IMG/VR virus record: IMGVR_UViG_3300033120_000387
Coordinates: 36,108-100,107 of that record
Length of the DNA stretch: 64,000 nt
Reading direction: 5' to 3' (one strand)
Source: a virus
Lineage: Duplodnaviria > Caudoviricetes
Numbering within the stretch: position 1 is the first letter of the stretch; each line of letters opens with the position of its first letter. The notes under the pieces are model-generated. The model had not been told where the DNA came from and ran no database searches. It saw nothing but the letters and a program-made list of their open reading frames with translations. The position numbers and the translations under genes are program-made. Shown here one piece after another: positions 39,825 to 50,399 of this stretch.

Positions 39825-40922
39825 TTATTCAATTAACTCACGCTCCTTCCATAATATATCAAATCTTTCTCTATCAAAGTCAAATATATTCTGCTTATAC
39901 ATATCTTTGTACCCCATATTATTGTAACACACATCAACCGTCATATAAGGACTAAGTAACTGCCATATTTTATTCACACTCTTTACAAAATCCTCATATT
40001 CCTCACTATCCACATCTTCAAAGTCATTATCAATAGCAATAGTACATTTTTCAATACCCCATTTTACTAATTGATTAGCACGATATTTGCCAAGATTTTT
40101 ACCATACATTCCTAATGTTATAGATTTATCCCCAAACCATGTGTCTGACTTTAATACTGCTTTTTCCCCTTCAACTAATATCACTCGTTTAGATTTTTTT
40201 ATATATTCAAGATTATGATTAATTCCATAAAATGCCATTGATGTTGCAAATTTATATGTTGTGCCATCAAGCAATGATACAGGAATATATTTTGCTCGGT
40301 CTACTAATTCGGGTAGCCAATTTCTACACCTTATGCCTATGATTTCGTTCTCGTCATTATAACATGGGATAGTAGTACATTGTAATCGTGGATAATAGCC
40401 TATTTGGTATTTAGCCATACTTTCTATCGAGATTCCTTCATTTATCCATTGTAGAGGATATATAGGGTCAAAAAAGCCTATAATAGATGGGTCATATTCC
40501 TCAACCTCACTATACACATTCTCATGTTTTATAAACTTACTCCACAACACATTATAATCATAACCCTCTTTTTTCTTGGGTGCAATGCGTTTGATGTTAT
40601 CAATTTCTATATGGCTATTGTCGACTATGAAGGAAACCGCATCCATAAAGGTTGTTTCTTGACCTAGTAATTGTAATCTTGTCTGCACCAAAGCTATAAT
40701 GTCATTAACATCACAATCATGGCTGAAGCATTTGAATGTTTTGGTATCAAGGTAGAACCTTAAATTTGCCCCACCGCTGTACGAATTAATGTTATGACAC
40801 CCCGATAAACAATGCCACACTTTATCTGTTTTGGCTTGAATAGGTATGTCTAATGCTTGTAAGATTTGCTCATAGTCTTGTAAGGTTAGTTGTTGTTTAA
40901 GTTTACGAATATCAAGTTTCAT
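39825..40922 (-). CDS. DNA primase (DnaG-type: zinc-binding plus TOPRIM)
   Basis: CHN..FKCFS..C zinc domain, IP....IGIR.R, LVEGEK, IAIDND. Confidence 0.85.
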   Translation of the reverse strand: MKLDIRKLKQQLTLQDYEQILQALDIPIQAKTDKVWHCLSGCHNINSYSGGANLRFYLDTKTFKCFSHDCDVNDIIALVQTRLQLLGQETTFMDAVSFIVDNSHIEIDNIKRIAPKKKEGYDYNVLWSKFIKHENVYSEVEEYDPSIIGFFDPIYPLQWINEGISIESMAKYQIGYYPRLQCTTIPCYNDENEIIGIRCRNWLPELVDRAKYIPVSLLDGTTYKFATSMAFYGINHNLEYIKKSKRVILVEGEKAVLKSDTWFGDKSITLGMYGKNLGKYRANQLVKWGIEKCTIAIDNDFEDVDSEEYEDFVKSVNKIWQLLSPYMTVDVCYNNMGYKDMYKQNIFDFDRERFDILWKERELIE

Positions 40923-41129
40923 TTAGATACCTCGTTGTTGTACTGCCTCTATTGGAATATTTAAGTGTAAAAATAACGGAACTAACATACAAAGACTAAT
41001 CACCCCTAATACCATAAAAATTAAACCTGCCATACTAAATTTATTATTAAACAACACATCTATAAAAAAACATAAAAAACTGAAAGGAATAAACACAATA
41101 CCTATCATTAAAAATATTTCCCAGACCAT
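40923..41129 (-). CDS. Hypothetical membrane protein
   Basis: Two TM segments, RBS. Confidence 0.55.
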   Translation of the reverse strand: MVWEIFLMIGIVFIPFSFLCFFIDVLFNNKFSMAGLIFMVLGVISLCMLVPLFLHLNIPIEAVQQRGI

Positions 41130-41142
41130 TTATCTTTCCTCC

Positions 41143-41676
41143 TTATTTAGTATGCAACCATGTGTTATTAAAATCATTTTCATACCATTTAGGACATTTT
41201 ATATGAGTCCATTTAGGCTCTTTAATATCATTGTTCCATTTATCTGTTAACAACTCTCTATATCTCTCATATACATTATCAGTTGTTATAATTTGGTCTT
41301 TGCCTTTTTGTCCTTTGATATATAATGGTTGAAATGTAGGATTGTCTCCAAATGTGTCTTTATAAAGTATATGATTTTTATTAGATTCGCCATCTAAAAA
41401 CTCATCACACATTCCACAAAGTGTAAAATATCCCATGTGATGTTTTTTATTTCTCTCATAGTATTCATCGCACAATTGATATAGATATTGTAATAAAAAA
41501 TATATACCTTGACTGGATTTGTATTTTATATTTATAGGGTGGTTAGCATGACCTCCACCATTATTAATATAAGTTAATAATATTTGGTTAATCTCAGTTA
41601 TTTGTTTATTTAATCTCAAATCATCCAATTCCATAGCACTAATTCTTAAATCCTCGTTTGTTAAAAATACTTGCAT
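41143..41676 (-). CDS. Pyrimidine-dimer DNA glycosylase (DenV)-like protein
   Basis: MQVF..SA..LDD.RL.KQI.E..QIL..HP motif. Confidence 0.65.
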   Translation of the reverse strand: MQVFLTNEDLRISAMELDDLRLNKQITEINQILLTYINNGGGHANHPINIKYKSSQGIYFLLQYLYQLCDEYYERNKKHHMGYFTLCGMCDEFLDGESNKNHILYKDTFGDNPTFQPLYIKGQKGKDQIITTDNVYERYRELLTDKWNNDIKEPKWTHIKCPKWYENDFNNTWLHTK

Positions 41677-41873
41677 TATCCTAACCTCCTAAATTCAACG
41701 CAATCCCCATCAATCATTTTATGGAAGTATAAATCATTAATATATTTAATAACTCTTATTTTAGTGTTGTGTGCCTCTATACAACCCTCTTCGTAAAATT
41801 CCTCATCAACTAAATACTTACCATATCTCAACACTTCTTCTTCGCTAGGAATAAATACAATATTCTTTTCCAT
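41676..41873 (-). CDS. Hypothetical protein, paralogue of 19145-19324
   Basis: ATG after GGAGG. VLRYGK..IRVIKY..HKMIDG. Confidence 0.6.
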   Translation of the reverse strand: MEKNIVFIPSEEEVLRYGKYLVDEEFYEEGCIEAHNTKIRVIKYINDLYFHKMIDGDCVEFRRLG

Positions 41874-41923
41874 AATATACCTCCTTAAATCAATCAAAAT
41901 AACCATCTCTTTAATATACTATG

Positions 41924-41952
41924 ATTATAGCATAGAGATGGTTACTTGTCAA
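41924..41952 (-). promoter_or_regulatory. SigmaA promoter
   Basis: TTGACA-17-TATAAT with TG. Confidence 0.8.
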
Positions 41953-41981
41953 TAACTATTTATAATTTTTTTATCTTAATA

Positions 41982-43376
41982 TTATATACTCACCTTCGTT
42001 TCAAAATTCGTTGCAATAACTTTACTTGTTTTATCTGATTTAGACAATCTCTTTTTCAACTCATTAGCAAATGCTATTTTTGAGTCTTGCTCACTATGGA
42101 CTAAGCAAATTTTTGTATAATTTAATTGAGTGTAGTAGGATAAAAGTTGTTCGTAGTCCATGTGAGAGGAAAAGGAATTTAAAATAGTAATAGGTGCTTT
42201 ATTAGGGATTTTCTTACCATCTATTTTAATCTCTTGCAATTTACCACTCTTAATCTTACCAGCCGTAGATTCAGGAGTTGAATATCCACAAAACACTATG
42301 CGATTTTTCTTTGAACCTAATAACTCCTTAATCCAATATGTAGCACGACCACCTGATAACATACCTCCTCCACCTATAACAAGCATAGGCTCATTAATTT
42401 TACTCCAATGCACAGTATCTTTAAAATCGCTAGTCCATAAGCAATCATTCCAATTATATACATTATGCCATAAATCTTTGTTGTTGTCAATCATATATTC
42501 CCATACACTACAAATACTTTTACCTAATGGTGTATCAATTAATATCTTAATAGGTGACTTGCCCTCATACATATCATATAAGGTGGTTAAAATCGTTTGT
42601 AAGCGGTCTAAACTGAATACAGGTATTAACACTTTACCTTTTGTATCTAATGCTTGTTTAATCGCCATATCAATCTTTTCTCGGTCTTTTAGTCTATCTC
42701 TTGATTTATTTAATCTAGTATTATTAGAATATGTACATTCACCTACAAGAATATCTACTTGTGGCAACGGTTGTATATAGTCAAGATAATAAGTGTTTGT
42801 TGAATTGCTTATATCTCCTGTAAAACCTATTTTTTTAACATTGACCCCATCATTTAATTCCATATATACTTGACAAGCACGAACAATATGTTGAGCATTA
42901 TAATAAGTAAATGATATAGAATTACATATAGATATAGGAATATTTAAATCACACTCAATAACATGGGATAGTGCCATATCAACATCACTTTGTGTATATA
43001 TGGGTTTGCGATTGTACTTTTCAAAATCCTTTTGGTATATATGTGTACAATCTTGCCACATCAGAGTAGCAAGCTTTTTACAATCTTTAGGCATATATAT
43101 AGGACAATTTGCACCATCTTTGAATAGTGAAGGGATTAATCCTTGATGGTCTTGATGAATATGAGTTATAATAATAGCGTCAAGTTGTTTTGGTTTAATG
43201 TCTTTGTGCCTTTTAGAATTGATTTTATAATCTTCTTCGTCATCAGAGGTTTGTCGCAAGCCATAGTCTACTAATATGGTTTTGTCTTGGAATCTTACTA
43301 GACTACAAGAGCCTGTTACTTCGGTTGAATTTGAACCTATAAATTTAACATAGGGGTTTTTAATTGATTTTGTCAT
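41982..43376 (-). CDS. Metallo-beta-lactamase/beta-CASP ribonuclease (YSH1/CPSF73-like)
   Basis: EVTGSC, VDYG, THIHQDH, H, FTGD, ECTY, PVFSLDR, GMLSGGR, FSSHMD, VH. Confidence 0.88.
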   Translation of the reverse strand: MTKSIKNPYVKFIGSNSTEVTGSCSLVRFQDKTILVDYGLRQTSDDEEDYKINSKRHKDIKPKQLDAIIITHIHQDHQGLIPSLFKDGANCPIYMPKDCKKLATLMWQDCTHIYQKDFEKYNRKPIYTQSDVDMALSHVIECDLNIPISICNSISFTYYNAQHIVRACQVYMELNDGVNVKKIGFTGDISNSTNTYYLDYIQPLPQVDILVGECTYSNNTRLNKSRDRLKDREKIDMAIKQALDTKGKVLIPVFSLDRLQTILTTLYDMYEGKSPIKILIDTPLGKSICSVWEYMIDNNKDLWHNVYNWNDCLWTSDFKDTVHWSKINEPMLVIGGGGMLSGGRATYWIKELLGSKKNRIVFCGYSTPESTAGKIKSGKLQEIKIDGKKIPNKAPITILNSFSSHMDYEQLLSYYTQLNYTKICLVHSEQDSKIAFANELKKRLSKSDKTSKVIATNFETKVSI

Positions 43377-43378
43377 GG

Positions 43379-44335
43379 TTACTCCTTATCCTTTAAGTTA
43401 TCCTCTAACCTTTTACAAGCAATATCAAAATATTTATCATCCATTTCAATTCCTATATATCTTCTATTTGTGTTTTGACAAGCTACACAAGTTGCACCTG
43501 AACCCATTGTATTGTCAAGAACCAACATATTTTCGTTTGTGTATGTTTTAATTAAATACTCTAATAATGCAATTGGTTTTTGTGTAGGGTGCAATCTTAA
43601 ATCAACTTCATCTGAATATGCTCTATTTTTTTGAGGGGTAAAAGGCACTCTACAACTAACAACTGATAGAGGGTTTCTTAGTCCTGTATCAACTTTTCTT
43701 GTTCTTGTGGTTGGATTATAAATTGTATTTCCAACATATTCATTCTCTTTAAAAGTTTTTCTTTGTGTTATAAATTCTTTTTCTTCAATTAACCATTGTT
43801 GAGGATTATATGTGTATTTACTATTATTTGAAAACACGACTACATTTTCATGTATTTTTTGATGTTTTTGTTTTACTTGCATACCACTACCCGCTTTATT
43901 TTTTAACCAACATAATTCTTCTCTAAAATTATTAATATTACTACATATCAATTTACTTGTAAAAGGTTGGCTTCCAAATAAAACAATTACACCATTAAAC
44001 TTAATGATTTTATTCAATTCAGTCCACATTCCTATTTGTTTGTTATTATCAAAATAGTCTCTAAATTTTAATATATCATAATCAAACTCTTTCATAATTT
44101 TATTGTTTAAAATGCATTCTTCATATTGATATTTTTTGTTATTTATGATGACATAATCATTAAAAGGAATAATACTATCCCACTTACAAGCAGTTGTTCC
44201 GTAAGGTGGGTCAGTTAAAATCATATCAACACTATTATCAGGAATACCTTTCATAACCTCTAAACAATCACCCTTAAAACACATACCATATTTATCTTTG
44301 TAATCTGCTGATTTATATAAATCTTTTATATCCAT
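43379..44335 (-). CDS. Beta-class N6-adenine DNA methyltransferase
   Basis: TDPPY ... HPTQKP ... DNTMGSG. Confidence 0.9.
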   Translation of the reverse strand: MDIKDLYKSADYKDKYGMCFKGDCLEVMKGIPDNSVDMILTDPPYGTTACKWDSIIPFNDYVIINNKKYQYEECILNNKIMKEFDYDILKFRDYFDNNKQIGMWTELNKIIKFNGVIVLFGSQPFTSKLICSNINNFREELCWLKNKAGSGMQVKQKHQKIHENVVVFSNNSKYTYNPQQWLIEEKEFITQRKTFKENEYVGNTIYNPTTRTRKVDTGLRNPLSVVSCRVPFTPQKNRAYSDEVDLRLHPTQKPIALLEYLIKTYTNENMLVLDNTMGSGATCVACQNTNRRYIGIEMDDKYFDIACKRLEDNLKDKE

Positions 44336-45856
44336 TTACAATATACTCCCTTCAATTTTATACGGTTTATTATTTTTATCTGTCACCCAACAATCCTCAA
44401 TATCTCCTGTTCCTAAATCAACATGAACCCATAATTTAATATTTTGTTCTTCACTACCAAATCTTACCTTATATAAATGTATTATCCTATTTGGTTGTAT
44501 ATGATTACCGAACCCTTTTCTATCCTTTAATCCACTTATATAAGTTTTAGACAGTTCATATTCCTTTTTTCTTAATGGCATCATAACTCCAGCGACATCA
44601 GCCTTGTTCTGTACTGCTCTTGAACCCGAAATACACCCAGCATTAATTATTTCTTGTATCTCTATATTAGCATTTGTTTGGGTAAATGTCAAGACAGCTA
44701 TGTTATATTTTACGGCAATATCTTTTAATTTAGAAGCCATAGTAGCCAAAGCCATATCACTTCTAGTAGTTATCCCATTGTTTTTAGCTACTTCGCTATT
44801 TAAACTTGCTTGCTCACTAATATAATCCATACAAAAATATTCAATTTGGTGAGTCAAAACATGCTCTTGTACAGTCATTTCTATGCTTGCTAAAGTGAAA
44901 TTAGGCATTGATACTATATATATTCCACTATCTTCTAATATCTTAATAGCACAATCTACTCGCTCTTCTTCATTATCTTTATATGTACCATTTAAAATAT
45001 GATTTGTCGGCACTTTGCTAATACTAGATACAAATTTAGGAGTTACTTCATACAAATTATCCATTTCATATTGCAAATATAAAGCATTAGCATTTCTATA
45101 TGATGGATTTAATATATATGATTGAGATTTTTTATCATATATTTCTTTGCAACATATATTCACAAGATTAGATATGCCTAGCGTTGATTTACCCGTTCCA
45201 CTAGGCATAGAATATATAGTTAATTGCCCTTTAATCAACCCTCTCGTAGCCGTATTTAGATAAGGTGTAAATGTAGTTGCTCCAAACATAGGTGATTCCA
45301 TAAATTGATTTTTTATATCTATAAATCCATCTCCTGCTTTAATCATTTCATCTTCGGTATTAGTAACAAATTTTTTCTTTGCTTGAATATTGACTGTTTC
45401 GAAATAATTTACAATTTCCTCAATTCCAACCTTATCCAACCCACCCATTTCCTTATCCCAATCTTTACCCTCGTCAAAAAACTCTTTAATATCAAAGCCG
45501 TTGTCTTTATAGAAGCGTAGAATTGAGAACCTTTTTGTTGTTTCATAATAATAATCAATAACATCAGGGTTTGATATTATTTTAAGATTGGGTACAACTT
45601 CTAGAAAATTATTATCATTACATATTTCTAAATACTCCTCGTTCCCTTGTAAAAAAGTATCTAATACAATTTCATCAATACTTTCCACACCCGTTTGTAA
45701 CAATCGGCGTATAGACCAAAACAAAATTCTATGAAACATACAAGGTGCAAAATCTTCACCTTCTAAATGAAATCTATTGTTTAATAATAATTTGGGCTGA
45801 TTTAATAAACAACCCAATAATAAAGAAGAAGCTTGCATTGAATACAATTTACTCAT
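44336..45856 (-). CDS. DnaB-like replicative helicase
   Basis: PSGTGKS Walker A, YEM, MDY, FTQ.N, SRAVQNKAD, K.R.G. Confidence 0.85.
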   Translation of the reverse strand: MSKLYSMQASSLLLGCLLNQPKLLLNNRFHLEGEDFAPCMFHRILFWSIRRLLQTGVESIDEIVLDTFLQGNEEYLEICNDNNFLEVVPNLKIISNPDVIDYYYETTKRFSILRFYKDNGFDIKEFFDEGKDWDKEMGGLDKVGIEEIVNYFETVNIQAKKKFVTNTEDEMIKAGDGFIDIKNQFMESPMFGATTFTPYLNTATRGLIKGQLTIYSMPSGTGKSTLGISNLVNICCKEIYDKKSQSYILNPSYRNANALYLQYEMDNLYEVTPKFVSSISKVPTNHILNGTYKDNEEERVDCAIKILEDSGIYIVSMPNFTLASIEMTVQEHVLTHQIEYFCMDYISEQASLNSEVAKNNGITTRSDMALATMASKLKDIAVKYNIAVLTFTQTNANIEIQEIINAGCISGSRAVQNKADVAGVMMPLRKKEYELSKTYISGLKDRKGFGNHIQPNRIIHLYKVRFGSEEQNIKLWVHVDLGTGDIEDCWVTDKNNKPYKIEGSIL

Positions 45857-45870
45857 ATCTAATCTCCTTT

Positions 45871-46986
45871 CTAATCATCAATTTCTACCTCGTAATTATA
45901 CATCGCTTCATATAATTTTTGTGGAAAATTATGATATTTTTTCTTATATTCATCTGCTATTTCTTTGATATGATTTTCTTTAAATTGTTTATAGGCTTGA
46001 AATGCTTCGTTTACAGTAGTGTACGAACCTATATATACCATTTTCCCATTTTTACTACATCTTGCAACATATTGTTTCAAATGTTCAACATATCTGACAC
46101 CTATTGGAAATTTCCCTCTAACTTTGTCGCACTTAACAAATAATGAGTTCAGTCTTGAATCCACTAAAGAGCAACTATCGGGACTATATACTTTGTTTCC
46201 TTTAATCAATATATCTTTATCCAACACAGTGCAATCGTCACACCATAAATTTTCTTCATACCATTTAGCAAAATTTTGGAAGCAATGAAAATATGGGTCT
46301 ACTGTACAATCTTTATATGTAGGTGATTTAATATGAAATCTGGGGCTATAACACCTTTCAAGCATACCACTCCATATATTATAAATACGATGATGATTTT
46401 TAAGACTATAATTTCCCTTTCCCATATAACCAACATTAAAAACGCTTGGATAATTAGGGTTTTTTATTTCTCCATTTTTAAAACTATAATATTTTTGATT
46501 AACAGCAGTATAACCATCATCAAATTCAATATCTATATCTTTGGTAGTATTGTATCTAACGATTTTCATTTTTATTCCTTGATTATTTGTGTTTACTTCA
46601 CCTAATCTATTTATTATTTTAGAATATGGATAATTGGGATTTTCAATCTTTTTAGTTTGAAAATTTTGGTATGTCCTTTTAATAATATACCCATCTTCAA
46701 ATTTTATATCAACATCCATAGCATTTTTATAATCTATAATAGTCATCAACAATCCTTGATTATTATAAGCTTGTTCCCCTATTCTATTAATAGTTCTACT
46801 ATCTGGATATTTACGATGTTTTACACGCCTAGTTTTAAAACTATCGTATTGGGTGGAAACCCTAACACCATCTTCAAATTCAACAACTATATCTTGATTA
46901 TTTTTATATTCAACAATTTTCATTAACAACCCTTGATTGTTAAAATTTGTCTCTCCTATTCTGCTTTCCTTTTTTGATTCTGACAT
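45871..46986 (-). CDS. HNH-like homing endonuclease with three N-terminal repeats and AP2-like C-terminus
   Basis: Three R.GE..NNQG..M.I..Y....DI..EF.DG repeats; W..MLERCY, FQNF..W, LDKD..GNKVYSP..C; PIGV..Y.A...IGSY.T..EA..AY. Confidence 0.75.
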   Translation of the reverse strand: MSESKKESRIGETNFNNQGLLMKIVEYKNNQDIVVEFEDGVRVSTQYDSFKTRRVKHRKYPDSRTINRIGEQAYNNQGLLMTIIDYKNAMDVDIKFEDGYIIKRTYQNFQTKKIENPNYPYSKIINRLGEVNTNNQGIKMKIVRYNTTKDIDIEFDDGYTAVNQKYYSFKNGEIKNPNYPSVFNVGYMGKGNYSLKNHHRIYNIWSGMLERCYSPRFHIKSPTYKDCTVDPYFHCFQNFAKWYEENLWCDDCTVLDKDILIKGNKVYSPDSCSLVDSRLNSLFVKCDKVRGKFPIGVRYVEHLKQYVARCSKNGKMVYIGSYTTVNEAFQAYKQFKENHIKEIADEYKKKYHNFPQKLYEAMYNYEVEIDD

Positions 46987-46996
46987 TTACTCCTCC

Positions 46997-47251
46997 TTAT
47001 AAATCGCATTCATCAATAACAATTTTCTTTTCTCCGTCAATATAAATTTTATATCCTTCTACCACATTTTTATTAGGTAGTAATATTAATACACCATCTT
47101 TATTATCGCTTTCCATAACTACATATTTGCTTGATTTATCAATGGATATTTGCTTATATTTGTTATGGTCTCTATCCAATATATACCAATCTAAAAATGT
47201 TCTCCATGAGAAACCTCTCACACAAGTATAAAATTCTATTTTGCTATTCAT
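46997..47251 (-). CDS. Hypothetical protein
   Basis: ORF with RBS. Confidence 0.55.
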   Translation of the reverse strand: MNSKIEFYTCVRGFSWRTFLDWYILDRDHNKYKQISIDKSSKYVVMESDNKDGVLILLPNKNVVEGYKIYIDGEKKIVIDECDL

Positions 47252-47325
47252 TTACTCCTCCTTGAACATTCTCTCGCAATCTTTTTCTAGTCTTGATTCA
47301 TATGGTTTTAAATCTTGCAGTTTCA

Positions 47326-47775
47326 TTATTTATTACCAAATAACCTTTCATTAATCACTTCAGATATTGTATAACCAATCTCATTCCTATCTAATTCATT
47401 AAAAGGATATTCTTTGATATGTTCTTCAATCTTTTTCTTAATTAATGGTCTACTATTCGTACATTCTTCATCCATAATCTTAACTAAAGGACTTTCACTT
47501 CTATCCCAAGCATCTTTTCGTCTAAATAAATAGTATGAAATATCTTCATCTTGGAGCGTTTCTTTAATCTTGTCTTTTAATATTTGTTCTAAATCACAAT
47601 CACATTGAGAATTGATTAAATCAAACACAAATTCATGTGAAATGTTTGACAATATTCTTTCAATATCTGTTTCTTTTTTTAATAATTGTCTAAAACTATA
47701 TTGCAATTCCTCTTTGGCGATTTCTTTAATTTCAGATTCAGATAGGTAATCTTCTATATTAATTTTTAGTTCCAT
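47326..47775 (-). CDS. Hypothetical protein
   Basis: ORF with RBS. Confidence 0.6.
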   Translation of the reverse strand: MELKINIEDYLSESEIKEIAKEELQYSFRQLLKKETDIERILSNISHEFVFDLINSQCDCDLEQILKDKIKETLQDEDISYYLFRRKDAWDRSESPLVKIMDEECTNSRPLIKKKIEEHIKEYPFNELDRNEIGYTISEVINERLFGNK

Positions 47776-47913
47776 TATCTCACCTATTCCTTTCCTTCAT
47801 ATACCCCATCAATGCGTTCCCATACAAGTTTAACCACATCACTTTGAAAATAGTGGTGAAAAATACATATTTATAACTATCAAAATTTATCTTCTTAACT
47901 GTTATACTTTTCA

Positions 47914-48444
47914 TTAAAACTCCACCTCTACCTTTCTATCTTTCCTATCAACCCTTTTAACCACCTTAACTTCATCTTCCCAATCAATATCCTCAATCGC
48001 CTTTTTAATCTCTTCACATTCCATATAATAATCTCTAGCATCATTGTAATAAAACTCAACTAGATTCAATGGTGTGCCTTTTTCATGGAACATATTCATC
48101 TCAAGTATATCGTGCATATACCATAGAGTATATCTAATCCCACTATATTTCCATGTTGGATTAGATTCAAGAATATTTTTTAATTGACTACCGACAAGTA
48201 CCCACGGTATATTTGATTTAGTATAACCTTGCTCAAGATATAGAGATTGAATGAAATCTGTGCATTTTTCCCTATCAGTACCTTTAAATGACTTAAAGTT
48301 TTTCTGTTGACGTTGTGGTTTTTTCTTGTCTTGTGCTTGTTCATAACATGATTGGTCACAATAATACATACCTTGTTTTGGGGAATAAGCAGTTGATTTG
48401 GAGATTTCTTTGTGACAAAAGCGACATTTTACTGTATTAGCCAT
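47914..48444 (-). CDS. Hypothetical replication-region protein with N-terminal zinc finger
   Basis: CRFC...YYC..C; Y.GI.YTL.Y pattern. Confidence 0.6.
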   Translation of the reverse strand: MANTVKCRFCHKEISKSTAYSPKQGMYYCDQSCYEQAQDKKKPQRQQKNFKSFKGTDREKCTDFIQSLYLEQGYTKSNIPWVLVGSQLKNILESNPTWKYSGIRYTLWYMHDILEMNMFHEKGTPLNLVEFYYNDARDYYMECEEIKKAIEDIDWEDEVKVVKRVDRKDRKVEVEF

Positions 48445-48445
48445 T

Positions 48446-49255
48446 TTATTTTATTCCCCCTATATTATCCTTTAAAACATTTATAATGTGAAATTGTTGA
48501 ATTTTTCTCATTGCTATGCAGTTTAAATATTCTTTCCAATCAAATGTTGATAATACTTTATAAATTTCACCGTATAAATCTTTATTATTAATTTTGATTT
48601 TATATTCAGCAGAATAATGTTCATTATCTTTTAAGATTTTGCCTGCTGTTCCGTCACCCCAATAACACATACGAATATCAAAATCTTTATCATTATATTC
48701 ACTACTGTCTTGACGATAGATTGAAATATCTTTTAATTTTGTCGATGATTTCTTATTCAACTCGCCACTCTTAGGTCTACAATAAATATTAAAGCAACAA
48801 TGTAAATCTCTATCGGTGTAATGTTTAATCCCCAAATCTTCACTGTAAACCAAATCAAATTCATACATAGATTGTGTATTGTTTAATTGACTTATAGGTA
48901 AAATAAACGCTATTGTGTCAGCTATTTCTATTGATTTTTTAAAGAATTTTTGTGCAAGATTTAAACATCTACCATACGGAGGGTTACCAATTATTAATCT
49001 TCCCCATAAATAATTAATATCTTGTGTTAGAAAATCACCTTTAATTATATTTGTAAAATTAGAGGTACATTGTGGCTCAATATCATATCCAAAATGTATT
49101 ATATGTTCTTTGTGATGCAAAAAAGCTCCATCTCCTATACTTGGCTCTATTATTTCAGATATATTTTCTTCACCTACAATCTCAAAGACCTTATCCCAAC
49201 AATAACTAGCCAAGTCTATTGGTGTATAATATTTATCTTTTATTAATTTAGCCAT
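48446..49255 (-). CDS. Gamma-class N6-adenine DNA methyltransferase
   Basis: DKYYTP, EPS.G.GAF, GNPPY, AFILP. Confidence 0.85.
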   Translation of the reverse strand: MAKLIKDKYYTPIDLASYCWDKVFEIVGEENISEIIEPSIGDGAFLHHKEHIIHFGYDIEPQCTSNFTNIIKGDFLTQDINYLWGRLIIGNPPYGRCLNLAQKFFKKSIEIADTIAFILPISQLNNTQSMYEFDLVYSEDLGIKHYTDRDLHCCFNIYCRPKSGELNKKSSTKLKDISIYRQDSSEYNDKDFDIRMCYWGDGTAGKILKDNEHYSAEYKIKINNKDLYGEIYKVLSTFDWKEYLNCIAMRKIQQFHIINVLKDNIGGIK

Positions 49256-49654
49256 TTAATCCACCTTTTCATACTGCACACATATAAATTTAATAATATT
49301 CATATCATAATCCACTTCATATTCACAATTTGCCCATTGATAATCTTTGTAGTTATCTTTACACCATGAAATATCAGTATAAATAAATTCATCATCTTCT
49401 AGTGTTGGTTCATGACAACTAAATGTTATATAACCAATAACTTCATCTTCGTTAACACTAAATGGTATATTGTCATCATATAATTTCTTTAAATTAGTAA
49501 TGACTACAGGTATTGTGCCGCTATTTATTAATATTTTAATCAACTCTTGTGGTGTTTCTTTTAGTTGATAGTTAGGGTTTGTGAATGGCATAATTTTATT
49601 TCTTGTTATTTTCATATTATTATCCCCTCTCATTAATCCATTTAATAATCTCAT
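49256..49654 (-). CDS. Hypothetical protein
   Basis: Operonic ORF. Confidence 0.5.
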   Translation of the reverse strand: MRLLNGLMRGDNNMKITRNKIMPFTNPNYQLKETPQELIKILINSGTIPVVITNLKKLYDDNIPFSVNEDEVIGYITFSCHEPTLEDDEFIYTDISWCKDNYKDYQWANCEYEVDYDMNIIKFICVQYEKVD

Positions 49655-50057
49655 TGATTTTTATTCCCATAGCCATATTGTCATATTCAATATGGTCTAA
49701 AATACTTTCATAACTATATGGAATACTATTTATACATATATCGCTTGGATAATCTTCAGCTTTTATCTCTATTTTCTTACACTTGACGTCTTTATAAATA
49801 GCTTTTGGTGTCAATGGATTAATCTTGTTCTCCTTATCATCAAATACATAAGTACCGATTTGCTTAAAAATACTTAACGATTTATTATCTCCCATACACA
49901 AATATTTTTTACCATTACTTATCCACTCAAAGACGATTATTGATATTTTTCCACTCGAAGCACTTCTTGACCTAATTGCAGCTCTATTAATATAACCAAT
50001 ATCTCCACATATAGTCTCCACATAATCACCCGCTTTTACATTATTAATATTAAACAT
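49620..50057 (-). CDS. Hypothetical protein
   Basis: ORF with RBS. Confidence 0.55.
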   Translation of the reverse strand: MFNINNVKAGDYVETICGDIGYINRAAIRSRSASSGKISIIVFEWISNGKKYLCMGDNKSLSIFKQIGTYVFDDKENKINPLTPKAIYKDVKCKKIEIKAEDYPSDICINSIPYSYESILDHIEYDNMAMGIKINEIIKWINERG

Positions 50058-50069
50058 TTTATTCCTCCC

Positions 50070-50396
50070 CTACCAATCTGCACTATATCCCACAATATTA
50101 TCATCGCTTTCTTTGAGATAATCAATCAGGTATTCCAATATTTCTTGTTGTGGAAAACTCTTATCATTTTCTAACTCAAATTTCTTAATTTTTTCTAAAT
50201 CTTCAACAGATAATTCTACTTCAGTTCCATATTCATTATTTCCATAAGCATGAATATCGCTATTAATAAAATGGTGTAAATCCCAATTTTTTCTCCAATA
50301 GCACTCTTCTTCGTTATTCCACTCAATGTTTGATATTTCACCGCAATGGGGGCATCTTATTCTTTTTCCTCTTGTTATATATTGGTCAAGTCCCAT
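50070..50396 (-). CDS. Conserved phage hypothetical protein
   Basis: MGLD.Y...YWRK...H...Y..DW pattern. Confidence 0.65.
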   Translation of the reverse strand: MGLDQYITRGKRIRCPHCGEISNIEWNNEEECYWRKNWDLHHFINSDIHAYGNNEYGTEVELSVEDLEKIKKFELENDKSFPQQEILEYLIDYLKESDDNIVGYSADW

Positions 50397-50399
50397 AGT

